From an uncultured Trueperaceae bacterium (GTDB lineage Bacteria; Deinococcota; Deinococci; Deinococcales; Trueperaceae): a stretch of DNA of 64,000 bases. Location of the stretch: positions 64,001 to 128,000 of the forward strand of contig CAWFFU010000003.1 in assembly GCA_963815215.1 (NCBI GenBank), in the 5' to 3' direction. This document shows, one piece after another, positions 39,570-52,169 of this stretch (positions are counted from its first letter, which is position 1; the number at the start of each line of letters is the position of its first letter). The position numbers and the translations under genes were made by a program. Under the pieces are notes generated by a model. The model was given only the letters and a program-made list of their open reading frames with translations. It made no database searches and was not told where the DNA came from.

Positions 39570-40430
39570 ATGGAGGTCATCCACGTCCTGCAGTCCGTAG
39601 CCAGCCCCGCGCTCGACAGGCTGATGCTGCTGCTCACCGAGCTCGGCTCGGAGCAGGCCTACATCGTGCTGCTACTGATCGCCTACATCGGGGTGGACGC
39701 CGGGTCCGGGCGGCGCCTGGCGGTCTACTTCCTGGCGGGCTTCTATCTCAACGAGCAACTCAAGGCGCTGTTCCACACCCCCCGTCCGTTCACGATCGAG
39801 CCCGGCATCGTCCGTTCGCCGGCCGCGCTGGCCACGGCGCAGGGCAGCGGCTTCCCCTCCGGCCATGCGCAGTCGAGCACGACGTTCTGGGGCCTGGCGG
39901 CGATCTACGGCAGGCGTGCCTGGCTCACCGTCGTCGCCGTGGCGCTGGTGACGCTGGTATCGATCTCGCGCCTGTACCTCGGCGTCCACCTGCCCGTGGA
40001 CATCCTTGGCGGCATCCTGGTGGGGCTGGCGGTGGTGAGCGCCGCGGCGGCGGTCGACCGCCTGCGCCTGGCGCCGCGCCGAAGCAGCGTGCTGCTCGTT
40101 GGGCTGGGCCTTCCGCTCGCCGTCCACCTGTTGCTCCCGACGCCGGATTCGGGGGTGATGATGGGCGCCCTGGCCGCCTTCGTGATCGGTCCGGAACTCT
40201 TCCCGCACAGCACCCGCGGACCCTGGCCGGGGCGCCTGGTTCTGACGGCCCTGGGTGTCGTACTGGTGTTCGCCGTGCAGCTCGGCAGCGGTCTGCTGCT
40301 CGCTGAACCGGTGCGCCACGCACCCCTGGTGGCGTACGTCCGCTACCTTGCGGTCGGGCTCACCGGGACGGTGCTGGTGCCCGCGCTGGGGCGCGGCCTG
40401 CGGCTGACGCCCGCGGCCGCCGGCGCCTGA
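39570..40430 (+). CDS. PAP2-family membrane phosphatase
   Basis: K..F..PRP, FPSGH, SRLYLGVH..D motifs; GGAGGAG RBS. Confidence 0.9.
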   Translation: MEVIHVLQSVASPALDRLMLLLTELGSEQAYIVLLLIAYIGVDAGSGRRLAVYFLAGFYLNEQLKALFHTPRPFTIEPGIVRSPAALATAQGSGFPSGHAQSSTTFWGLAAIYGRRAWLTVVAVALVTLVSISRLYLGVHLPVDILGGILVGLAVVSAAAAVDRLRLAPRRSSVLLVGLGLPLAVHLLLPTPDSGVMMGALAAFVIGPELFPHSTRGPWPGRLVLTALGVVLVFAVQLGSGLLLAEPVRHAPLVAYVRYLAVGLTGTVLVPALGRGLRLTPAAAGA

Positions 40431-40434
40431 GTCC

Positions 40435-41226
40435 GTGCGCCGCGTCCGTCTCACACTCGAGTTCGATGGATCGGCCTTCTACGGCTGGCAGCGCCAGCTC
40501 GCCGGCGAACGGACCGTTCAAGGCGTCGTCGAGGAGGCCCTTGCCCATCTGCCGGGTGAGCACGGCAGCGTGATCGCGGCCGGCCGGACCGACGCGGGCG
40601 TGCACGCGCTGGCCATGGTCGCGCATGTCGATACCGGCTCGTCGATCCCCGACGAGAAGTTGCGGCTCGCCGTGAACGCGCACCTTCCCAGGGACGTGGC
40701 GGTGCTGCGCCTGGAGACGGCCGCCGACGACTTCCATGCCCAGTACGATTGCCGATACCGCCGTTACCTCTACCGCCTGCGCGTGCTACGCGATGATCGA
40801 CGCGGCCTGGCGCTGCAGCGCCGGCGCGTGCTGGCGGTCTTCCGCCACCTCGACGTGGCCGGCATGCAGGCGGCGTGCGAGAGGATGCTGGGCACGCACG
40901 ATTTCAGCACCTTCGCGACCCGCGAGACCCGTAGCCGAGAGCGCACCCTCTACCTGTGCGAGCTGCGCGAGGAAGCCGGCGAGTTGCGCCTGCACGTCGC
41001 CGGCGACGGCTTCCTGCGCGGCATGGTGCGTACCATCGTCGGAACGCTGCTGTGGGTGGGGAAGGGGAAGCTGCGCCCCGACGACATCCCGACGTTGCTG
41101 GCTGCCAGGGACCGCACGCTCGCCGGGCACAACGTGGCCCCGCACGGCCTGTACTTCGTCGAGGCCGGCTACCGCCCGTGGCGCCCGGAGGTGTCCGAGT
41201 CCGCACTGGAAGGGCTCGTACTGTAG
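40435..41226 (+). CDS. truA: tRNA pseudouridine(38-40) synthase
   Basis: FDGSAFYGWQRQ, TVQG, AGRTDAGVHA, GTHDF, FLRGMVR, PHGLY. Confidence 0.96.
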   Translation: MRRVRLTLEFDGSAFYGWQRQLAGERTVQGVVEEALAHLPGEHGSVIAAGRTDAGVHALAMVAHVDTGSSIPDEKLRLAVNAHLPRDVAVLRLETAADDFHAQYDCRYRRYLYRLRVLRDDRRGLALQRRRVLAVFRHLDVAGMQAACERMLGTHDFSTFATRETRSRERTLYLCELREEAGELRLHVAGDGFLRGMVRTIVGTLLWVGKGKLRPDDIPTLLAARDRTLAGHNVAPHGLYFVEAGYRPWRPEVSESALEGLVL

Positions 41227-41247
41227 CGTCGCGCCTTACAATGGCCC

Positions 41248-41718
41248 ATGCCGTCGAACCACTTCGAGGACGGACACCCGATCATGGTGGACGTGGGCGC
41301 CAAGGCTCCGACCGTGCGCCGCGCGGTGGCCGAGGCCTTCGTGACGCTGCCCCCGCCAGCCGCGAAGTGGCTGGACGAGGGCGTGCCCAAGGGCGACGCA
41401 CTGCAGATCGCGGAGCTCGCGGGCATCATGGCGGCGAAGCGCACGCCCGATCTCGTGCCGCTGGCCCATCCGCTGCCGCTGACATCGGTGAGCGTTCGGT
41501 CCGAGCGCCTCGGCGCGCGCGTTCGCTTCGAGGCGGCATGCGGCACCACGGCGTCCACGGGCGTCGAGATGGAGGCCCTGACGGCCGCTGCGGTGGCGGC
41601 GCTCACCCTCTACGATATGCTCAAGGGAGCCAGCAAGGACATCGTGATCGAGACCGTGAGGCTGCTTCACAAGGAGGGGGGCCGTTCCGGCTCATGGACA
41701 CGCACGCAAGACCGCTAG
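41248..41718 (+). CDS. moaC: Cyclic pyranopterin monophosphate synthase
   Basis: MVDV..K..T.R.A.A, KGD, AGIMAAKRT..LVPL.HP, TGVEMEAL, YDMLK, KEGGRSG. Confidence 0.95.
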   Translation: MPSNHFEDGHPIMVDVGAKAPTVRRAVAEAFVTLPPPAAKWLDEGVPKGDALQIAELAGIMAAKRTPDLVPLAHPLPLTSVSVRSERLGARVRFEAACGTTASTGVEMEALTAAAVAALTLYDMLKGASKDIVIETVRLLHKEGGRSGSWTRTQDR

Positions 41719-42197
41719 AGCCGGACGACGCGCCGACCCTCCACGCCATCGACGCGGCCTACGCACAGGCCTTCGGGCTCGAGCCGCGGGCCGGCGAAGC
41801 CAGCCTTCGCTTCTTCGCCCGCACCGGCCACGCCTTCGTGGCGGAGGGGGAGGGCGGCGTGCTGGGGTTCGCGCTGGCGCAGGCCGTGTTCGACGGCGAG
41901 CGTCCTACGCTCTTCGTGAGCCGCCTCGCCAGCCCGCCTCCGGGCGACGACGATACCGTGCGGGCCCTGCTCCGCGCCGTCACCAAGAGCGCCTACGACG
42001 CTGGCGTTTACGACGTGCAGGTGGATCTGCCTGCCGAGGACGTGGTGGCGGCCGCCGCTCTCGCTGCGCAGGACTACCGCCCGGCGGCGCGGTCGGTCTT
42101 CATGCGTCACCTCGGTTCGCGCGCCGACGCCGTAGCGGCCGCCGCTACCGCGCCGCGCGCCGGCGAGAGCGCCAGGCACAGGAGCGATCGTGGCTGA
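41694..42197 (+). CDS. DUF1999-like (GNAT-fold) protein
   Basis: SLRFFARTGHAFVA, GFALAQAVFDGERPT, LLRAVTKSAYDAGVY, LGSR resemble a Deinococcus-Thermus family. Confidence 0.7.
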   Translation: MDTHARPLEPDDAPTLHAIDAAYAQAFGLEPRAGEASLRFFARTGHAFVAEGEGGVLGFALAQAVFDGERPTLFVSRLASPPPGDDDTVRALLRAVTKSAYDAGVYDVQVDLPAEDVVAAAALAAQDYRPAARSVFMRHLGSRADAVAAAATAPRAGESARHRSDRG

Positions 42198-42414
42198 AGC
42201 GAGCGGCGCTCGGGTGCTGCTGGGGGTGCGCGGCATGGACACCGCAGCCAGCCGACAGCGCGTCGAGGAGGCCCTGAAGTCCGTGCGCGGCGTGACTGCG
42301 GTGGAAGCCAGCAGCGACCTGCAGGTGGCGGTGGAGTACGACGCCGGCGAGGTGACGGTCATGGACCTGATCCGCGCGCTGCGGCGGATCGGCTTCCTCG
42401 CCGGCATGGAGTAG
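42190..42414 (+). CDS. HMA-fold small protein lacking the CxxC motif
   Basis: V.GM-DTAAS...VEEALKSVRGV..V...V.YD......LIRAL...GF follows the HMA pattern but contains no Cys. Confidence 0.75.
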   Translation: MAEASGARVLLGVRGMDTAASRQRVEEALKSVRGVTAVEASSDLQVAVEYDAGEVTVMDLIRALRRIGFLAGME

Positions 42415-42419
42415 CTCCG

Positions 42420-42728
42420 ATGGCCGGCCACCCGGTGTACGTGGGGGTGCTGCTCATCACCCTGGAGATGCCGGGCGTGCGCAGCCTCAAGCAGAAGCGC
42501 TCGCTCATCCTTCCCGTCACGGAGCGCCTCAAAGCGCGCTTCCCGGTGTCGGTCGCCCGCCTGGAGGGGTTGGACGCCCACGCCTGGGAGCGGATCGGCA
42601 TCAGCGCCATCAGCGCCGATGCGGCGTGGCTCGACAGGACCCTGGGCTCGGCCCTCGCATTCGTCGAGGGTCGCGGCCTGGGCGTGCGTGCGTCGTCGAT
42701 CGAGGTCGAGGTCTGGGACGAGGGGTGA
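42420..42728 (+). CDS. DUF503 (YlxP-like) protein
   Basis: VG.L...L..PGVRSLKQKR......RLK.RF.VSVA. Confidence 0.8.
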   Translation: MAGHPVYVGVLLITLEMPGVRSLKQKRSLILPVTERLKARFPVSVARLEGLDAHAWERIGISAISADAAWLDRTLGSALAFVEGRGLGVRASSIEVEVWDEG

Positions 42729-42887
42729 GCCGGCCGTTGCCGGCGGCGGCGGTGCGGTCAAGGCCACGAGGACCCGCCGCGGCACGGGCTAGAATGCGTT
42801 GACGACGTTACCGAGCCCGAACGGCCCGAGCTCGACCCGCTGGCGGCCGACGGTGCCGCTGCGGCGAGTGAACGGGAGGAACCTGGA

Positions 42888-43289
42888 GTGGAGGAAGGCA
42901 AGGCAGGGCAGAACGCGCCCCGCCCCACCAAGCGCAAGGCCAAGGAGCGGGAGATCGATCGCATCCACGTGTCCGACGACGCGCTGGCGTCGATCCTGGG
43001 TCTGGCCGCGCACGAGGTTCCGGGCGTGGTCGGCATGGCGCCCGCCAACATCGGCGAAGGCCTGCGCCGCGTGCTCGGCCTCTCACAGGTCGACGAGGGC
43101 GTCGTGATCGAGCACCCCAAGGGTGAAGCGCGGGCCGACGTGGACATCCACGTGGTGGTGGCGTACGGCGTCAACATCCCGGTGGTGGCGGGGTCGGTCC
43201 GCGAGCGCGCCCGCTACGCCGCTAAGCGCTTCGCCGGCATCGACCTGGACGACGTGCGTGTTCATGTGGACGGGGTCAGCCGTGGCTGA
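42888..43289 (+). CDS. Asp23/Gls24-family protein (YloU-like)
   Basis: I.VSDD.LA.I.G.AA.EV.GVVGM...VD.HVVVAYGVNI..V...V.V.V.GV; directly upstream of the DAK2 gene. Confidence 0.85.
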   Translation: MEEGKAGQNAPRPTKRKAKEREIDRIHVSDDALASILGLAAHEVPGVVGMAPANIGEGLRRVLGLSQVDEGVVIEHPKGEARADVDIHVVVAYGVNIPVVAGSVRERARYAAKRFAGIDLDDVRVHVDGVSRG

Positions 43290-44886
43290 TGTCGCGACCC
43301 GGGAGCCGGAGACCCTGGGAGCGCGTCAGCTCAGCCGCGCCTTCAGCTACGCCACCGAGTGGCTCGGCGTGTACGTCGACGAGGTCAACGCCCTCAACGT
43401 CTACCCGGTCCCCGACGGCGACACCGGGACCAACATGCACCTCACCATGCAGTCGGTCCGGCGCCAGCTCGCAGACGAGAACCCGGGCACCATGGAGGCC
43501 TTCGCGCACGCCCTGTCCTACGGCTCTCTGCTCGGCGCGCGCGGCAACTCCGGAGTGATCCTGTCGCAGGTGCTCAAGGGCTTCGGGGACGCGGCGCGGC
43601 TTCACGAGCGCCTGGGCGGGCGCGAGATCGCGGCGGCTCTGGCGGCCGGGACCAAGAGCGCGTACCACGCGGTCATGAAGCCGGTGGAGGGGACCATCCT
43701 GAGCGTGGTGAAGGCCGCTGCGGAGTCGGCCCGCAAGGTCGGCTCGCGGCCGCCGTTGGACGTGCTGCGCGTGTCGTTCCAGGCCGCCTCGGAGGCGCTC
43801 GAGCGCACGCCCGATCAGCTCGCCATCCTCAAGCAGGCGGGGGTGGTGGACGCCGGAGGCAAGGGCCTCGTGCGGGTGTTGGAGGGGTTGCTCGCGTACT
43901 TCGACGGCCTCGACCTGCCGGCGCCGCCGGAGGTGACGGAGCGGGCGCAGACGCAGTTCGGCGAGGAAGAGTTCGGTTTCTGCACGGAATTCCTTCTTTC
44001 GGACGTGACGGTGGCGACTCGCGAGATCCAGAAGCTGGTCGCGCCGTACGGCGATTCGCTGCTGGTGGTGGGGGCCGAGGGCTACGTCAAGGGCCACATC
44101 CATACCGAGGAGCCTGAGAAGCTGCTCGCGGACGTGGCGCACTTCGGCACCATGGTGCGCTCCAAGGTGGAGGACATGAGCGAGCAGCACCACGAGATCC
44201 TGGCCGACGTGGAGCCGGAGGAGGCCGAGCCGGCGCGCACGGGGCTGGTGGCGGTGTCGAGTGGATACGGCGTGACGCGCGTGTTCCGCAGCCTGGGCGT
44301 CCGCGTGGTCGGTGGTGGCCAGAGCGACAACCCGAGCGTGGAAGACATCGCCGACGCCGTACGGTCGGTGGGGGCGCCCGACGTCATCGTGATGCCGAAC
44401 AACAAGAACATCGTGATGGCCGCCGAGCGCGTTCGCGAGGTGGTCAAGGACAAGCACGTCGAGGTGCTGCCGACGCGAACGCTGGGCCAGGGACTGGCGG
44501 CGGCCGTGCTGTTCCAGGAGGGCGAGGACGTCGCCGCGCTCCTCGAGGCCATGCGGGAGGCGGCGGACGCATCCCTCACGCTCGAGGTGACGAAGGCAAG
44601 CCGCAGCGCCACGATCGAGGGCGTCGAGATCGCGCAGGGGGACTTCATCGGGCTCGCAGACGGCGAGCTCAAGGTCGCCGATGAGGAGGCCGATGCCTGC
44701 CTGCTGGCGCTGCTGGAGGACCGTGCGGCCGACTACGAGATCGCTACGCTGTTCTACAGCGCGTCCTTGGGCCGGGAGCGCGCCGAAGGGCTGGCCGAGA
44801 CGGTCCGGCAGCGCTTCCCCGAGCTGGAGCTGGAGCTGCTGGCCGGCGCTCCCGACCTCTACCCCTACCTGATGTCGCTGGAGTGA
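43282..44886 (+). CDS. fakA: DAK2-domain protein, fatty acid kinase catalytic subunit (YloV/FakA)
   Basis: NALNVYPVPDGDTGTNM, GARGNSGVILSQ, KPVEGTIL, VVDAGG, FCTEF, HIH, GGQSDNPS, PNNKN. Confidence 0.92.
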   Translation: MADVATREPETLGARQLSRAFSYATEWLGVYVDEVNALNVYPVPDGDTGTNMHLTMQSVRRQLADENPGTMEAFAHALSYGSLLGARGNSGVILSQVLKGFGDAARLHERLGGREIAAALAAGTKSAYHAVMKPVEGTILSVVKAAAESARKVGSRPPLDVLRVSFQAASEALERTPDQLAILKQAGVVDAGGKGLVRVLEGLLAYFDGLDLPAPPEVTERAQTQFGEEEFGFCTEFLLSDVTVATREIQKLVAPYGDSLLVVGAEGYVKGHIHTEEPEKLLADVAHFGTMVRSKVEDMSEQHHEILADVEPEEAEPARTGLVAVSSGYGVTRVFRSLGVRVVGGGQSDNPSVEDIADAVRSVGAPDVIVMPNNKNIVMAAERVREVVKDKHVEVLPTRTLGQGLAAAVLFQEGEDVAALLEAMREAADASLTLEVTKASRSATIEGVEIAQGDFIGLADGELKVADEEADACLLALLEDRAADYEIATLFYSASLGRERAEGLAETVRQRFPELELELLAGAPDLYPYLMSLE

Positions 44887-44994
44887 GCGTTCGCGGGCCC
44901 GCGCGGTGCGCCGTGGAGCGGATAAGTGAAGTATGAAGGGAACCGCAACCATGCCTCGAGCACGACGGCTACACTTCGAGTAGGAGGCTTCAAC

Positions 44995-45825
44995 ATGAGA
45001 AGACTCGCATGGATCGCGGCACCGGTCTTGCTGGCGGGTGTGTTGTCGGCATGCAGCATCACCGTCACCTACGACCCTCCTCCCAACGCCACACCCGTCA
45101 CGGCGAACGCAGACAACAACACGCCAGTGGACTCGAGCGTGACCGTGCCGGGCAATTCGACGATGTACTTCGACGTTGCTCTGCCCAGCTCCGTCCGGGC
45201 CTACCCGCTGGTGTACTTCGAGCTCACGGCCGACCTGAACCTGAGCCTGATCAACTACAGCAGCGCCTACCAGACGCTCGCGTCGAGCAGCAGCGCGAGC
45301 TACTTCGCGTCAGGAAGCGTGGGGCTGGCGTCACTCGCCGGCGGTGGCGGGCCGATCGCCCAGTCGATCGGGGTGTCCTACGCCTGTCAGGGCTCGTGCA
45401 TCATCTGGCCGACGAGCGGCACCACCCACTACTACCTGGGGGTGGAGAACACCGGCAGCTCGCCGGCGACGTTCGACCTCTACGTGTACGGCTACCACTA
45501 CCAGGACTCGAATGAGCCGGGGAACAACGTGCAGGCCGGGGCGGTCCCGCTGAGCTCGGGATCGGCGGACTCCGGCGCCATCGAGACGCTCGGCGACGTC
45601 GACTGGTGGTACATGACGGCTTCGGGCAACGTGAGCTTCACCAAGGTGGTGAGCCCGGTATCGTTGCAGGCCCTGCTGTACGACAGCGGTGGCGGCTACA
45701 TCGCTACCTTCAACCCTTCGGCGGGCGGTACCATCCCGGTCGTGGCGGGCGATTCCTTGAAGATCGAGTCCGCCAACGGCTACGCCGGCTCGACGGCCGT
45801 GAGCCGCTACGACCTGACGTACTGA
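44995..45825 (+). CDS. Lipoprotein, beta-rich, with a PPC-like C-terminal domain
   Basis: AGGAGG RBS; lipobox LSAC; S/T/G/Y-rich; DSNEPGNN...GAIETLGDVDWW resembles pre-peptidase C-terminal repeats. Confidence 0.75.
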   Translation: MRRLAWIAAPVLLAGVLSACSITVTYDPPPNATPVTANADNNTPVDSSVTVPGNSTMYFDVALPSSVRAYPLVYFELTADLNLSLINYSSAYQTLASSSSASYFASGSVGLASLAGGGGPIAQSIGVSYACQGSCIIWPTSGTTHYYLGVENTGSSPATFDLYVYGYHYQDSNEPGNNVQAGAVPLSSGSADSGAIETLGDVDWWYMTASGNVSFTKVVSPVSLQALLYDSGGGYIATFNPSAGGTIPVVAGDSLKIESANGYAGSTAVSRYDLTY

Positions 45826-45893
45826 GCGGCCCGGACATCGAGCCGGTCGACGCCTCACATGAAGCTCGCCGCATGGCCCGATAGACTCGGGCC

Positions 45894-46808
45894 ATGCGGC
45901 GTCTCCTACTCGTTCTCATCGTCCTTGTCGTTGGGTCGGTAGCCTCCGCCCAGATCTGCGTCAGCGAGCTTCGTGCCGCTCTCACGGACCTGAGCACCGA
46001 TCGCCCGGCGAGCGGGGTGGACGCGGCGCTGGTGGTGGAGCGGGCGGTGCGGCTGGTGGAGCCGGCGCTTCCGCGCATGGTGGTGGTCGACAAGCTACCC
46101 ATCGCCAAGACCGACCCGCACTACGGTGACGTGCTCTACCTGGCCGAGCGAAGGCTGCTCCCCGGGAGCTGGAAGCCGGGTTCCATCGACGCCGGGACCT
46201 GGCAGGCCATGCTCGATCGCTTCCAGAGCTGGTACAAGGTGAAGCCGTTCAAGGTCCATGCCCCGAAGCGTGTCAGCGACCTGCTGCTCGACGGTGGTAC
46301 GGCGCTCGAACACGTGTCGCGGGCGATCCGTCCGGCTGCGCTGCTCGCCTCCGACCCGACCGATCCGAAGCGCATCGCGTTCTGGGCCATCATCTGGAAC
46401 TGGACGGTGTACCCACGTCTCATCGTGCTGCATCCCCGCAGCGACGTGTCGCTGGCGAACGGACCGACGGCGGTCCTGCAGCACATGGGCGACTGTGCCG
46501 TGCACATCACCAGCTACGTGATGGCGCCCGCCCGGGACGCCGCGCAGCTCTTCCTGGCGACCAACCAGTCGCGCATGTATGTCGTGGGCGGCGTTCCGGC
46601 CGGTACCGCCACGTGGCCGAAGCCGGTCGCCGCCGGGCAAGAGCTCGACACCTTCGCGTTCCGCACGCCCCTGGTGAAGGACCTCGACCGCTTCGCCGCA
46701 GTGTTCGACGGCCCCGGGGTCGGCTTCCGGACCGTCTTCGAATTGCTGCCGAAGCTGCGCACGAACATGTCGCCCACGCGCTTCCTCAGCTACATGAAGA
46801 CGCCCTGA
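45894..46808 (+). CDS. Secreted hypothetical protein
   Basis: Signal peptide ending ASA-Q; ATG lies 6 nt after TAGACT; coding-like codon pattern. Confidence 0.75.
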   Translation: MRRLLLVLIVLVVGSVASAQICVSELRAALTDLSTDRPASGVDAALVVERAVRLVEPALPRMVVVDKLPIAKTDPHYGDVLYLAERRLLPGSWKPGSIDAGTWQAMLDRFQSWYKVKPFKVHAPKRVSDLLLDGGTALEHVSRAIRPAALLASDPTDPKRIAFWAIIWNWTVYPRLIVLHPRSDVSLANGPTAVLQHMGDCAVHITSYVMAPARDAAQLFLATNQSRMYVVGGVPAGTATWPKPVAAGQELDTFAFRTPLVKDLDRFAAVFDGPGVGFRTVFELLPKLRTNMSPTRFLSYMKTP

Positions 46809-46832
46809 CGACGGAGGCGGGTGCGGCCGAGC

Positions 46833-47723
46833 TCAGGGGCGCGCGTCGAGCGCGCGGTTGACGGCGTCGCGCATGTCGCGTGCGGCGGCCGCCGCAGCGG
46901 CCGCCAGGTCGTGGACGTTCGTCGCGGGCAGGTAGGTGAGCGAGCGGCTGGCGCTCACCACGGCCCCGAGACCGTTGGCATCGAACGCCGCGGCGACGTC
47001 TTCGGCCGCGGCGCCCTGGGCGCCGTACCCGGGAACGAGCAGCACGCCTGCCGGCACGCGCTTGCGCAGGGCCGCCAGGGCCGCGGGGTAGGTCGCTCCG
47101 ACCACAACGCCGAGCGCCGTGTAGCCGTTGGCGTCGCGGGGGAGGTCTCTCGCTCGGTCCGCCAGCCGATCGGCCAGCGCCTGGTAGAGCATGCGGCCGT
47201 CCGCGAGGGTGAGGTCCTGGAGGTCGGCGCTGCCCGGATTCGACGTCTTGAGCAGCACGAACAGTCCACGGCCGTGGATCAGGGCCGCGTCCAGGAAGGG
47301 TTCGAGCGTGTCGAAGCCGAGGTAGGCGTTGACGGTGAGCGCGTCGGCAGCGAACTCCCCGTCCGCCAGGTATGCCTGCGCGTACGCCTCCGCGGTGCTA
47401 CCGATGTCGCCGCGCTTGCCATCGAGGATGGCCGGGATGCCCAGCTCGTGGGCGGCGCCCAGCAGACCGGAGAGCGCTCGCAGGCCCGGGACCCCCATGG
47501 CCTCGAAGAAGGCGGCCTGCAACTTGCAGCAGGCGATGGTGTCCGCGCTGGCGCGAAGAATCGCTGCGAAACTCGCCTCAACGGCGTCGGCGATCCGCTC
47601 GGCATCGTCGCCCAGGTTCGCCGGATCGGTCAGTGGGCTGAGGGCCGGGCGCGGGTCGATGCCAAGGCAGACACGCGAGTCGATCGCGACGATGCGCTCG
47701 TGCAGACGTCCGACGAAGTCCAT
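46833..47723 (-). CDS. pyrF: Orotidine-5'-phosphate decarboxylase (type 2)
   Basis: CLGIDP, K...AFFE, ILDGKRGDIGST, TVNAYLG, KTSNP, GVVVGAT, VPGYGAQG, SASR. Confidence 0.95.
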   Translation of the reverse strand: MDFVGRLHERIVAIDSRVCLGIDPRPALSPLTDPANLGDDAERIADAVEASFAAILRASADTIACCKLQAAFFEAMGVPGLRALSGLLGAAHELGIPAILDGKRGDIGSTAEAYAQAYLADGEFAADALTVNAYLGFDTLEPFLDAALIHGRGLFVLLKTSNPGSADLQDLTLADGRMLYQALADRLADRARDLPRDANGYTALGVVVGATYPAALAALRKRVPAGVLLVPGYGAQGAAAEDVAAAFDANGLGAVVSASRSLTYLPATNVHDLAAAAAAAARDMRDAVNRALDARP

Positions 47724-47795
47724 GCCGGGCTCAGCATAGCAGGCGGGGCAAGGTGAGCCGGACCGTGGCCGGCGGCAACCCGGCGTTCGGTGCCG

Positions 47796-47923
47796 GGCCG
47801 CCGCCTTCCCGTGGCGATGGGCATTGCCGGGTGGGAGCATGCCGCCGGTATTGGGGGCTAGGCCGCCGCCTTCCCGTGGCAATGGGCATTGCCGGGTGGA
47901 GTTGTGGCCCCCGGTGTTGGCGG

Positions 47924-47950
<27 letters not shown>
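47796..47950 (-). repeat. Tandem 65-66 bp repeat (about 2.5 units) containing the secA 3' end
   Basis: GGCCGCCGCCTTCCCGTGGC(A/G)ATG starts at 47796, 47861 and 47927 on +; the first two continue with GGCATTGCCGGGTGG. Confidence 0.92.
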
Positions 47951-50713
<2,763 letters not shown>

Positions 50714-50862
50714 TCAAGACCTTCCAGCGCGCGCGGGCGGGATGATGGTCGCCTCTTCCGGGCTCCGGGCGCGGCGGTAACATGCTACTTTAGCACGCCC
50801 TCACGGGCCTGCCGGTAGGCGGAGACAGGCTTCCGGCGCCATCGGCGGGGGCCGGCCGGCCC

Positions 50863-51402
50863 TCAGTCCGAGCGCCGCAGCAGAGTCAGGGCGTTGGTCC
50901 CGTAGCGCTTCTCGCGCGGCGCCTCCAGGTCCGGCGGGAGCTCGAGCGTCGGCGGTTCGCGGCTGGGGTGCTGGAACACGTAGAGCCCACCGGCGCGGGC
51001 GCTGCCGGCAGCGAGGATCGCCTGGAAGATGGGCGTCAACGCCAGATCGTACGGCGGTGCCGCGAACACCACACCGAACGCTCGTGGATGCTCGCGCGCG
51101 AAGTGCAGCGCGTCGCCGCGCACCACCTCGACCCGCAGGGCGGCGCGCGCCGCGTTGCCCCGGATGATCGCGGCCGCTTCGCGCGAGAGATCGACACAGG
51201 TGGCGTGCCAGCCGCGGCTGGCGGCCTCCAGGCCGATCGCGCCCGAGCCGCTGAAGAGATCCAGGAAGGTGTCGCCCTGCTCGAAGGCCAGGATGTCGAA
51301 CAGCGCCTCGCGCAGCCTCGAAGGGCTGGGGCGCGTTCCGCGGCGTGGTGTGTCCAACTCGCGGCCCTTGGCGCTACCGCCCAGGATGCGGGGGTGACTC
51401 AC
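50863..51402 (-). CDS. rsmD: 16S rRNA m2G966 methyltransferase family
   Basis: RILGG..KGR.L, TRP...LREALF, LDLFSGSGAIGLEAASRG, (A)PPY, YG. Confidence 0.88.
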   Translation of the reverse strand: MSHPRILGGSAKGRELDTPRRGTRPSPSRLREALFDILAFEQGDTFLDLFSGSGAIGLEAASRGWHATCVDLSREAAAIIRGNAARAALRVEVVRGDALHFAREHPRAFGVVFAAPPYDLALTPIFQAILAAGSARAGGLYVFQHPSREPPTLELPPDLEAPREKRYGTNALTLLRRSD

Positions 51403-51461
51403 GGGCGGTCCTCGGCGGCCATCACGACCGTCATGCTACCAGCGCTGGGCGCGGCGGCGGG

Positions 51462-52169
51462 TCACAGCCCGAGGTACGCCTCCTTGACGCGCGGGTCGTG
51501 CAGCAGGTCGTCGGCGCCGCCTGTCAGCGCCACCTGGCCGCGCTCGAGCACGTAGCCGCGGTGGGCGACCGACAGCGCGCTGTTGACGTCCTGCTCGACC
51601 AGCAACACGGTGACCCCTTGCTCGTGGATGTCGGCGAGCACCTCGAGCAGCCGTTCCACGATGACCGGCGCCAGCCCCAGGCTCATCTCGTCGACCATCA
51701 GCAACCGCGGCGCCGCCATCAGGCCGCGCGCCATGGCGCACATCTGCTGCTCGCCGCCCGACATGCTCCCGGCGAGCTGGCGGCGCCGTTCGCCCAGAAC
51801 GGGGAAGAGCTCGTACATCCGGTCGAAGTCGCGCCGCACCGCGGCGGCGTCCCGCCGCCGGAACGCGCCCATGCGCAAGTTGTCCTCGACGGTCATGCGG
51901 TCGAACAGTTGGCGTCCCTCGGGCACCTGCACCAGGCCGCGCCCGAAGGCCTCGTCGGGGCTGATCGACGATGCCGGCTGGCCGGCGAATCGGACCTCGC
52001 CGCGGCTGGGGATCACCCCGGAAAGGGCGCGCAGCAACGTCGTCTTACCGGCGCCGTTGCTGCCGACGACGGCGACGATCTCGCCCTCGTCCACGCGCAG
52101 CTCCAGATCATGCAGGACCACGGCGTCGCCGTACCCGGCGCTCAGGCCGGAGACCTCCAACAGTGCCAT
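51462..52169 (-). CDS. livF: Branched-chain amino acid-type ABC transporter ATPase (LivF-like)
   Basis: GSNGAGKTT, VPEGRQLF, MSGGEQQM, DEMSLGLAP, VEQ, AYLG. Confidence 0.92.
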   Translation of the reverse strand: MALLEVSGLSAGYGDAVVLHDLELRVDEGEIVAVVGSNGAGKTTLLRALSGVIPSRGEVRFAGQPASSISPDEAFGRGLVQVPEGRQLFDRMTVEDNLRMGAFRRRDAAAVRRDFDRMYELFPVLGERRRQLAGSMSGGEQQMCAMARGLMAAPRLLMVDEMSLGLAPVIVERLLEVLADIHEQGVTVLLVEQDVNSALSVAHRGYVLERGQVALTGGADDLLHDPRVKEAYLGL

